DNA of 64,000 nt from an uncultured virus (IMG/VR IMGVR_UViG_3300023227_000005) (lineage: Duplodnaviria > Heunggongvirae > Uroviricota > Caudoviricetes), in the IMG/VR virus record IMGVR_UViG_3300023227_000005; one strand, given 5' to 3'. The position numbers were made by a program, and so were the translations under genes. Position 1 is the stretch's first letter. The number at the start of each line of letters is the position of its first letter. Below, piece after piece: positions 1-11,100 of this stretch. The notes below the pieces were generated by a model. It ran no database searches. It was not told where the DNA came from and saw only the letters and a program-made list of their open reading frames with translations.

Positions 1-2064
1 CAACTAGCTAAGCAAGTAATTAAAGAAGCTAAATTCCAACAAGAGTCTAACACGCTCTTTGATAAGGTTAGTCAAGACTTTGCTAATCTTAAAGTTACAG
101 GTCTAGACCCTAATACAAAGGCTAGTGATGCTGCTGGTAAGTTCTCGACTATCGTCAACGCCGCTACAGGATTCGATCCAAAGAGTGGAAAAGAAGATTC
201 GACTCTTGGTAAGCAGATGAAAGAGTTGTTCAGGTCTAACATCATTGCCGAAGCTGGTCGCGCTGGTGGGGTTGTCGATCCGGCTAAACTTGAAGAAGCT
301 AGACGCAAGACCATGGAACAGCTTCAACCTCTATTGAAGGCTAGTACTAAAACTCTTGAAGCCTTTAGTGCCGCCCTTCAGAAGCTTGACGCATTCAAGC
401 TTCAAAGATTGCAAAAGCAAATTGAACTTGAGAATGAACTAGTTAATGTTAGACTTTCTGGAATAGACTTAAATCAAGAGGCGGACAAGCTTATTGAGAG
501 TGCTGGAGGTCCAAAGGCTAAGTCTGATACAGACGTTGCTATCCAAAGGCAGAACCTATTAAACAAAGAGGCTGGTGTTGCAGAGATTTCTGGACCACAA
601 GATTTCTCTAAGAATATCTCTGAGATTGAAAACGCTCTTAATAAGGCACAGTCTGACGTTAGTAGTGGTAAGTTTGACGGAGATCCATCAGGATTAGCAG
701 AGCAGCAAGATACCATCAATGATCTTAACAAGGCTATGCAACAACAGACTTCTACTATTAGAGACACAGTGAAAGCCAAGCAAGACGAATTAGAACTTAT
801 CGGAAGAAAGAACAAGCTTGAAAAAGACTCTATCGACAGTTTAATTAAGGGCGACATTGCAGACTTCTTTAAGAAGCAATCTGCTGTGGGTGCTACCGCT
901 GCGGCTGCTAGTGGAGACGACAGACTTATTGGACTCTTTGGTGCTAGTGCTATCGGAGAGGCCCTAGATGACGTACAGTCTCAAAAAGGGGCTGGCGTAA
1001 CCAGTCTTTATGGGCAAGATATTGGTTCTCTTCAAGAAAACCTTAGAACTTTTGGACTAAAAATGAGAGGGTTTGACGCAGAGGAAGCTAGATCTGCTGC
1101 TAGGTCAGTAGGTGGAAATAGCCCACAAGAGCAAAGAATCAACGCAGAAACAAGAGGACTTGGTGGAAACTTAAAGCAATTATCTGGAGCACAAAATAGA
1201 GTATCTCGAACTGCTGTTAGAGGTGGAGAAGAGGTAACTAGAAGAATTGGAGAAAGGTTCCAAGATGACGTTAGAAAAACTCTAACTACTCCTGAAACTG
1301 AGGCTAAGATAGCTGCGGAACAAGCTGCTAAAGAAAAGGCAAAAGAGAAGAGCGTTCCAGACTCCAAGCCTACTCCTAAGCAAAAAGCAGATAGTGACAG
1401 TGTAACTTCTACAACAGAAGGAAAGACTGTTCCAGAAGCAGGTGTTGATCCATTGGATTCTGTTAGAGATTTAAGTGTTCAATCGCAGTCCGTTTACTTG
1501 AATGGTGTTAGCTTGGCTTCTGTTACAAGGTCTTCTCCCGATGTTGATAGTACTAAACTGTCTTCTAGTAAGTTTATGGGATCTTTAGATAGGCTAGCAA
1601 GCAGTTCCTACGAATCGATTTCTAACGTTGTATCTCCAGGCTTGAAATTTGTGGACAATGGAGCTTCTAGCGCTTTAGATGCGTATCTTAATCTTGTTGG
1701 ATCTACAAACACCCCAAGACAACAAGCAGAAGCGGTTTCTACGGCCACTTCTACCAGTACCCCTGTTGCAGATGGTGTTCCCACTGGAGCGGCAACAACC
1801 GAGAGCGAATCTAGTCCTTCGAGATCTTACTTTTCGGAAGCCGACGTGAAGAACTTTAATATCTTCTTAGAGGCTACTCAAAAGTTATCTGCTGCTGTAG
1901 AGAAGCTTGCTAGCTCGCAAATTCATGTTAAAGTTGACCCTATGACTGTTACTCTTAATGTTACTGGCCCAGATTTATTAGATTATGTTTCCAAGGCTGC
2001 TAGAAATGCAGTTGCCGACGAAGTTAGGAATCAAATCGCCGCTAGGAACGATAGTGCTTTCTAG
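1..2064 (+). CDS. C-terminal part of a tail tape-measure-like protein (5' truncated by window edge)
   Basis: Frame of ORF 217..2064 is open back to base 1; Ala/Gln/Lys/Glu-rich helical coiled-coil sequence; first gene of a virion-protein arm. Confidence 0.6.
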   Translation, partial: QLAKQVIKEAKFQQESNTLFDKVSQDFANLKVTGLDPNTKASDAAGKFSTIVNAATGFDPKSGKEDSTLGKQMKELFRSNIIAEAGRAGGVVDPAKLEEARRKTMEQLQPLLKASTKTLEAFSAALQKLDAFKLQRLQKQIELENELVNVRLSGIDLNQEADKLIESAGGPKAKSDTDVAIQRQNLLNKEAGVAEISGPQDFSKNISEIENALNKAQSDVSSGKFDGDPSGLAEQQDTINDLNKAMQQQTSTIRDTVKAKQDELELIGRKNKLEKDSIDSLIKGDIADFFKKQSAVGATAAAASGDDRLIGLFGASAIGEALDDVQSQKGAGVTSLYGQDIGSLQENLRTFGLKMRGFDAEEARSAARSVGGNSPQEQRINAETRGLGGNLKQLSGAQNRVSRTAVRGGEEVTRRIGERFQDDVRKTLTTPETEAKIAAEQAAKEKAKEKSVPDSKPTPKQKADSDSVTSTTEGKTVPEAGVDPLDSVRDLSVQSQSVYLNGVSLASVTRSSPDVDSTKLSSSKFMGSLDRLASSSYESISNVVSPGLKFVDNGASSALDAYLNLVGSTNTPRQQAEAVSTATSTSTPVADGVPTGAATTESESSPSRSYFSEADVKNFNIFLEATQKLSAAVEKLASSQIHVKVDPMTVTLNVTGPDLLDYVSKAARNAVADEVRNQIAARNDSAF

Positions 2065-2072
2065 TGTATAAT
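2064..2072 (+). promoter_or_regulatory. GTGTATAAT putative late promoter
   Basis: Exact motif also at 12887, 24486 (+) and 49153, 61084 (-), always shortly upstream of a gene start. Confidence 0.6.
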
Positions 2073-2110
2073 CTAATGTCAAACGTCGTTCAGGATTAGA
2101 GGAAATCGGT

Positions 2111-5100
2111 ATGAATTGCTGTCTACAGCCAATCAAGACTAAAAAGTCTCCTGGGTCTAAGATTAAGGCCCATCTAAGTATAAGGTCAAAGAATAAAGCT
2201 ACACTTAAAGCCGTAGCTATTATTAAACCTGCAAACACCAACCTACCTAGTTTAACCCCTACTATTAAGGGTTCTGCTAAGGTTGATGCTGCATTGTCGA
2301 TTAGGCTTGCGGCCAAGTCTGCTCTCACCAGCAAGGCTAAGCTAAGACCTCACCTAAGTCAAATCTTCAATCTGAGCAAAGAACTGGTCGCCCAAGCTGA
2401 AATAAAGGCTAAGGTTGCTAAGTTTGCTGGCGATTTCAGACCCAACGACTGCTATGACAAGCTGTACCCCACTCAGGACGTTTCTAAGCTCAATCTAATC
2501 GGAATGTCTAGCGACACACCTGTTTTGGATAACCTCTACGAGCTAGTCAATGAGGGCGTCTACGCGGGTGACTACCATTTGCACGAAAAGCAGTCCGATT
2601 CCCTGTTTTCTTACCAAGACTTCATCAAGTCTTCTGGTGACTCAGATCATACAAAATACACGACTAATATGAGCCTACCATCTGTGTCATTCACAGAGAG
2701 TTATATTGTATTTAACGCACAGGCTTTTAACTCTAAGCAAAAGATCTACGAGATTGAATTTAGAGACGAAGAAGACAATCTAATCTGCGAGTATGAAGAT
2801 ATCGAGTTTGTTGGTGACAACTACCCGACTATGTACTCTTCCAAACCTAGAATTAACAATGGTGCCCAGTATACATGGTCTGCTGAGTACCCAAAAATCC
2901 CATCATCTGGCTGCACCCTTAGTTTCAAGACGCAAGCTTCTTGCATTGAGGACGCTGACGGCTTTGACGATGGATTCGATCAGGGATTTGAGCGATGCTC
3001 TACCCTTTACAGTCCTGAAATTAGAATCTCTGCCGTTGAAATTTGCAACAGTGGTGACTTTGGATTCAGACATGAGAACTTCTTGCCAGTTTCCGTTGGT
3101 GTTAGAGAAAAAGGAGACAGACTAACTAGGAAAATTGAACCTAGTAAAGTTTTGCCCCACAACTTCTCTACCGACGTTTGGCCAGAGGTTCAGACCATTT
3201 GGGAAAACACATACGGATATTCTAATCTTACTGAGCCCCAAGGTAGGGTTTTGGCTAATGATTTAAGTAAGCCGTATGACTATTCTAACATAACCCTTAC
3301 AAGCTCTAGTGTACAAGACTCTGGAAAGCTAAACCTATTATTTGAACACAAGCCTCAAGAATTTGTATTTGGATTCAAGGGTGGCGCTTTTGGATTAGGT
3401 TTTGATCATAAAGAGTTTGAAGTCGGTAGGGCATTTAAGGAAAAAGCTAGCGATGATTTCTTTGTAGTAGACGAGATCTACTTAAAGATTAGAGCTAAGA
3501 AAGAAGTTGGATCAAGAGACTATGCCCTTGACGTAGTCGGGTGGAGCGATGACAACCTATTGAACGTAACTTCTCAGGTTGGTGGATTCTTACAAAACAC
3601 AACTGGAACCGGAGTTGTACCAGTTGAGTCGGGATGGAACAATTTAGACAACGAAGGAATCTCATCAGAATCACTCTCCGAGCAGGATGAATACTATGAA
3701 TATGAAACGGTTCAGGGTCATGGTTCGGATCACTATAAGATATCTCCAGCTATTGTTGACTCGACTAGCTATAGAGATTACGAAGTTCCACTGGTAATAG
3801 AAGTAGACGAGTTCAAGCTTGGGCTTCAAGATAGATCGAGTGCTTCGTTCTTCGAGAAGCTTTTCCTCGATATTTATCCTCTACCTAGCGGTGCTAGTAT
3901 TTCTAGTGCCGAACTATGTGTAAAATATACTCCTTCTAACGCTCTTCAATTTACAACCCTTGCTGGTGGTATTTCAAGAATTGAGCTAGATAGAAAAGAA
4001 GGAAAATTCTTCCCAACGACTAGAACTGTCAATGACTTGCCAGTGAACAGGGAGGCTACGTCCTTAATTGAAAGCGTTCCACACGGATATGAGAGTCCCG
4101 CCACCCTAAAGAGCAACTACGCTAGAAGATGGCGTGGTGTTGAGGGGATTACAAGCGGCCCATTCGATACGAATGCTTTCGACTTTGGATTTGAGAGCCA
4201 TCAATTAGACTCTCCGTTCTTACTGGGGCACTTTGACTTCACTAACATTAGTGGGGACTCTGTATTCTCAAGACCAATGAACGACCTAAGTACGACTGTT
4301 GGTACTTCTGTTGGAATCTCAGCAGAGCAAAATGTAGGCTTTAGATTCAAGAGTCCTACTTTAGTAAATACAAGCAATACATATCAGTCTATTGATTGGA
4401 ACGGCAAGACCGTAGACGCTTACGATAGCGTTACTAGACTTGCTAATAACATCTCATTTCCTGCACAGGACTTCTCAGAGGGATTTGCCTTTTACTTGAG
4501 GTTCTCTCCAGATGAAAACGCAACCGGCACTCCTACCGTATTGCTCAAAGATGGAGTTTCTATTGCATTCAATCATGACACTAATCAGTTCTCTGCTACC
4601 GTTTCTGGTGGCGGATCTGTAAGCTCTAGTGCCCAGCCCGATGCGGTCTTCCCCGCTTCTGTCGTGTTCACATATAACGACGCAGGTTCAGGAAAAGCTA
4701 AGCTCTATGTTAAGTATGAAAACAAGGATATCGAGAAGTCTCAAATTCCTAGTTTCTCAAGGGTTGATACTCCTGGTCAAATTCTTGTAGCTCCAGCTAA
4801 TAATCTTTATCATGAAATTGGAATCTCTGCTGGTAATGGCTCTGGCGTAAACCTAGTCGATGGCGACGAAGTTTCGCCCAACCCTCTTTACAAGCAGCAA
4901 ACAGTACAGAGTTTCTTAAACGCACAATCAGTTCATTGGACTGACTCTAATGGCGTATGGAGTGACGACTCCTACGTCTTGCCGAGCTATATCGACGGAG
5001 ACACATTAGATTGGAACCTAGGGGCATTTAACTGGAAACAGTTCACCCCTCACGAATTCGACATGTTCACGCAGCGTATCGGAAAAGACGCAATCAACTT

Positions 5101-8100
5101 TAGACTAGTTGGGGACGGAGTGCCCTATGCTAACAAGACAGATTTGCCCTTCCCATCTGATATTGACTCTTCCGTCAGTTACCACACTCAGGCAGAGAAT
5201 GACTTCCTTAGGATTAACCTAACAGACTCTCTTCCTAATTTCTATTCAGCCTCTCCGAGAATTGCCAAAGCTCTTCCTCGTGGCTATCACTTCGACGAGA
5301 AGTCTATTGTAGTTGACAGTATTATCAGTTACGCACAGTCTGGAGAGATTGTGTGGCCAGATGGAAACGTTGGCCCTAAGCTTATCGTATCTGTTTACAC
5401 TAGAAACCAAGAAGACGAAGAGATTGGTACTCACAATTGGGGTCTTGTTAATAGAAAATCCCACTACTTGAATCCTAACAATAGGTGGTCCAAGCTGGAG
5501 AGCACGTTTGACCTAGAGTCTCTGCTTGATGAAAGCGAGAAGTGGTCCGTATTCCCAGAAGAGAAGAGGCTAAGCGAATTCAATCACAGGTACTTTTCTA
5601 AAGACGCCGACGAGATGTTCTTACAGTATGACCTTGTGACTCCGTCTGGCGACGAGTTTGAAGTTAACTTGAATATCCACTCAGCTAATTTGAGAATGGA
5701 GAACGCTTTCATTAAGCCCACGTTAGTAGATCAGGCTTTGAATGTATTCACTAGTGGAGAGTCTTACTCGTACTCACCAATGCCTCTGTATGTTGACCCA
5801 ATTGGTCTCGAAATAGAAAGCATGAATCTATACATGTCTGGAGTTCCAACTCCAGTAGACCTTGGTGCTGTTAATCTTTCTACTTCTGGTGCTTACTTTG
5901 AGACTTCTCAAATGTCAATGCACTTAGTAAACAAAGAGACAGTAGAAAACAGTGGACTACCTATTGCGACAAGTGGGAACTATCGCGTTGAAGCGGAAAT
6001 GAACTTGGTTTCGTTTAATGACGACCCAGTTCTCCCTTCCGAAATGTTCCTGCCTCTCCACATGTTTGGTAGTGCCACTAATGCAGATCTTTCAAGAAGT
6101 ATTTCTATGACTGCCTATAGCTCTTTATCTAGTAGCCAGGGCGCCCTAAGTGGCGTCTTGCCTATGAAGATGGTTGCTTCTCGTGGCTTCCAAGATGTAT
6201 TTGCCGATAACGCTATGCCGCTATTCACAGACTCCCCTACGGAGTTTGGAGATAGTATGAACCTAGTGCTGTTTGGAAGAGAGAACGAAGGGTTGAAAAC
6301 AGACTCATTCATGAACTTGTATAACAAGTGCTTCCCAGCGGTTTACTTAAACGGCAGCGGAGATTCTTACGTTTCTTGGAACAATAGAAACGTTGGACGA
6401 AACACCGAAGAGATTGACGAGGGGCTATTGACTGTTCCTTCTATTGATCTTATTAGAGGTACGCAAACTATTTGTTGGGGCGATTGCTCTGCTGTAGATG
6501 ACAACCCATGCGTTGAGCAAGACATCATTACTCACGATACAAATTGGGCCAACAAAGAGTGCGTTGACGGCGGTATCCTTAGACCTAGTACGACATATCG
6601 AAACTCAGGCGAATTCGCCTTCGGCAATGAGGACGCTGGTACATACAACGGACACTTCTACGGCTCCAGAAAATATCAGGGACTATTCCCCAACACTCCT
6701 TATACGATTACTGTTGTCGGCAAGACCGGAGACAAGAAATCTATCGCCCTTCCTCCTAAGTTTGAAGAGTGGGAATACGGTACGCTTGGAGATATTGACT
6801 TTGAAGGATTCAAGCATGTTGCAGAAGAAAGACACGAGGGCGATCTTTACGGGAAGTGCGTGAAGGTTAAGGGTGAGATCATGGGAGTTGGTGCTCCAGG
6901 TCACGACTTGGGTATCTACAAAGAGGCCGGTGCTATCTTCCTCTATAGAAGACAAGAAGAAGAAGGTGGAGAAAAGAAGCCTTGGGATCTTGAGACTAAG
7001 CTTACACTTCCTTCTGGGTTTATTGGTGACTGGTACTACGACAGGGGTGGAAAGATTTCGTTCCCAGGTATCGGTACGATCCCAGAGAAGCAGTGGAACA
7101 TTGGACAAGAGGGTCGAGAGCTTGGTCACTCGTTTGATATCGCTGTAACTAAAGATAGAGAAGTCATTGTAGCGGGTGGCCCTGGTGCTAAGTGGGACAC
7201 TAGAGGCTTTGAAGAGATTGAAACATCTGGCGTTAATGTCGCTATCATGGTGTTCAATAATGAGTTCTCATACGATCAAGACCAAATTAAAGAGATAATG
7301 GACAATATTGACATCCACAATTTCCTTTACAGATACTTTGCAGAGCCAGCGGTAAACATTAACTTAAAGATCATCAGTTGCATTCCAACAGGAATCTTTG
7401 ACCAAAGTGTATACACCGAGCCTGGAATTGAAAATCTGATTGTAGGAACTATCCCTAGGGCAATCCCTAGCAAGCCAGAAGACCCAGCGGTAACCGCTGA
7501 GATGCTTAGTGGAATTAAGAGTAGCTTCTTTGAGGCTTTCCCTTATGATGAAACACAGGTCAACAATAATATTCCTCCTATTGTTGGCTTCTACGTTGAC
7601 AATAGTAGGTCTCTTGGTAGACCGGTAGTTGAGCCAGCTATCGATCAGTTCGTCAACTTCTACAAAAACTACTCATTCCAAAGTGGAGTGAGAGATTTCT
7701 ATGACAATCCTGCAAGCGGATACATTTATGAGTACACTCCAACAGACGAAGACCAGGGTGAAGACTGGTTCAAGATCTCCAACAATCTTGTCAATAACTT
7801 ACTCGACACTGGAAACCTATACGATGGTGGACATCACACCCTCATTACTTCTGGTATTGGCCTTGAGTTCGCTGATGAGCAAGCTATTGACTTTAACCTA
7901 AGCCCAGAAAGTGGCGGTAGAGTTTATGTTTTTGAAAAAGAGTTTGGCGATTGGAGCTTAATGCAAGAGATCAAATCTCCCGTTTCTGCACCTGACAAAC
8001 TACCAGCAAGATTTGGCCACGCCGTTTCTATCAGTGACGACGCCTCTGTTTTCTCTATAGGTTCTCCTTTTATTAGAGAGTCGTGCTCGATGTATCAATT

Positions 8101-11100
8101 TGCAGACGGAGAGAGAAACAGGCTATATGACAACATTGGAAGATGGTTAAAGTTCAGAAATGACGCAACTGTTACTCTTGGACAGTACTACAATAGACTT
8201 GCCGAGTATCAGGAGCTTGAGGTTGCATCTGGAGTCAGAGAAGCTGGAATGTCTATCTATGCAGATCTAAGCAGAACAGATAAGTTCAAAGCTAGATCAG
8301 ACTATGATTTCTGGAGAAATAACCACATTCAAGAATACAGAAAGGTTTTCAAGTATGGACTTGATGATATTGAGCGTGGACTAGAAGGCACATTCACAAA
8401 GACAATGCGTCAGAATGCCCCCAACCCTAGACTTGGTTACAGCACTGCTGTTAGCGAGGATGGTCAGACTGTGGCTTTTGGTGCCCCTACCGACAGCATT
8501 GGTCAATACGAAGATGCCGCATTCTACTTCTTACATAAGGATGGAGAGTATCTATCTGAAAGTGGAGATCCAGAGTTCCCTAGAAGCCTGTGGGCCTCTA
8601 ATGTAAATGCTGGTGCCGTTAGAATGTTTGAGAAAGGTCAAGACTTTGAGCCCATCTCTGAGAGAAATGTGCTTGAGTACAACAAATTTGGAAACTTGAG
8701 TAATACCATAAACAACACAGGAGGATACGACGACGAAGGTAATGAGACAAATAGTACTGCCATTAGTCAAAACGAACACTACGACAAGACTGACTTTGGT
8801 GATGTTTCAATTCCTAAGGATGTTGGATCTATTTTCATTATCACGCCTGAAATTGACGCTGCAAACGACGAAGTCATTGAAGAGATTAAGCGATGGATGA
8901 GCCTTGGCGATAGAAGGCTCGTTTTAGTAGGGGATGACCCTGTGTGGGAAAAGAACGGAGCATACGCAAAGTCTAACGAAATCATTAACAAGATTCTTGA
9001 GAAACTAGATTCTCGAATGAGACTACATCCAGCTAGAAACGAAAGAGAGGCCCTTATTGCTAATACCTCTTGTTCTGGTGAGATCGCCCCTAATGTTATC
9101 AAGTCTTACAAGCCTCAGGGTAGTAACAGTAGCAACGTAGAAATTGAAAATCACTTGTTTGGATACGGCGTTGCCGATATTCGGCTTCACGTTCCAAACG
9201 CAATCTTCAAAGAAGACAACTGGGGCAAAGATCATAGCATTGTAAATAATAAAAGGTATGGAAACTGTTCTTTTTACAATCCTAAGTGTGGACCTCCCAT
9301 TGCCCATAACGGAGACTTGAGAGCTAGATGGATTGAGAGAGAGATTAAAGATCCACCCGACCCAGAAGCCAAAGATCCGTACACATACTGGGAGAGAAAT
9401 CTACCCTTTGAATTTTATAGCAATGGACTTCCACCTGTAAAACCTGAGGATGCTGTTGACATCGCTAAAGATCTTAGTCTGGGTGGTCAGGGCGAGCAGC
9501 CTAGACCTCTTATGGTTGCTGCTGAGTTTACAGAAAACTACGGAATTATTCCAGCTAAGCCTGAAATTATTACAATAACACCTATAACTGAAACCACTTG
9601 TTTTCAGTCTAATACTTCTAATACTTACTACTTGTTTGACGACAACCACGTAGATGAGTTGGCTTTTTATTGGATGCAAGGTAGTGGTAATCAAAACTTC
9701 CTAGACACTAATATTGGAAGCAATCAAAGCGAAGGACGATTTTATAATCCCGAGTCGTTCAATGAAAGGGGCGCACTGCTACAAGCAGACGGAACGCTAG
9801 ACATTCAAGTTACAAGAGAAGAATTGACTGAAAGATTCCAAGTTGGAGATCCTGTCAACTATGTAGCTAAAGAATCAATTTCTGGTTCTGAGGTCTACTT
9901 AATTGCTGGTACTGCCACTGAAAACCAAGTCGCCCTAACTACCGATAATGACGAAAACATTTCATTCTACGATAATCTTGTTAGAAATGCAAACTGCGAT
10001 AACGCATTTATCATTCAACTTGGAGGATGGACGGCTAGAAGCTCGTTTGCTAGTGCCGGAGAAGGTTCGTTATTAGGCAAGGTCTTTGATGCAATGGGTC
10101 ATAATTTAGTAGAGAACTGGGATGGCCCCATTATTCCTGCTTCTAAGGATGTCCTTTGGATCGCGAATGCAGACGGAGAGCCTGCCGCCCAAGACATTAC
10201 TAAGATTAAAAATTGGTTAGCACTTGGAAAGAAGAAGCTTGTTATCACATACGAAGAACAAGAAGAACAATCTTCTAAGGCTTATAGGCTTTGCGAAAGC
10301 TTAGGACTTACTATGAAGCCTTGGTATCTTCCAGGTGCAAACAAGTTCCCAACAACAAGGGAAAGAATCTACGTCTCAAGAAAGAAGCTAGAAGTTCTAC
10401 TGGACGACAAAGATCAGTCTATTGCTAGTTGTGACGGAAGCTTCTCTGTAGAGAACTTCACGCTTAACGCGACTTACTGCCCTGTCGATCTAAGATCTGG
10501 AGGAAAAGCTGTTGTATGGCAAGACGGAACTGTGAAAGATGAAAGACTTCAAGTCACAGAAGAGTACAAAGATATTTGGAGTATGAATACTGGTGTTGCT
10601 AAGGTTCAGTTTCCGGCTACTCCTGGCTCTGGATATAGGATCTTCTACAATTGGATTGCAGATAGACCAGAAGAGAAACAAGAAATCGATCTGTATGCAG
10701 GAGATATTCTCCACAAGATTAAGCCTGAAACAAGGGCCGGTAATCCGGCTACACTTATTGCTAGGACTGGCACTCCCATTAGAGACTATGACGAAAATAG
10801 AGATCTAAAAATTGTAGACTACGCATCTACTAGAGCTATTAAGCTAGAATCGCCCTCTTTTGGTACTGCTGTGTCAGAAGGCTATTTAGACGTTCAAGTT
10901 TCTAGCGACAAAGACTACCTTAGCTTGTTCTTCACTGGAAATAGAGACAAGATCAAGGTTAACGGAAATCAAGTGCCCACAACCTATAAACTCCTTTCTG
11001 TTTCTGGAGCCCCACTTCCTATCAACGAAGTGACAGAATACTTTACTTCGGAAAGATGTGAAACAAGAGAAATTGGATTTACGGAAGAAGTCACGCAAGA

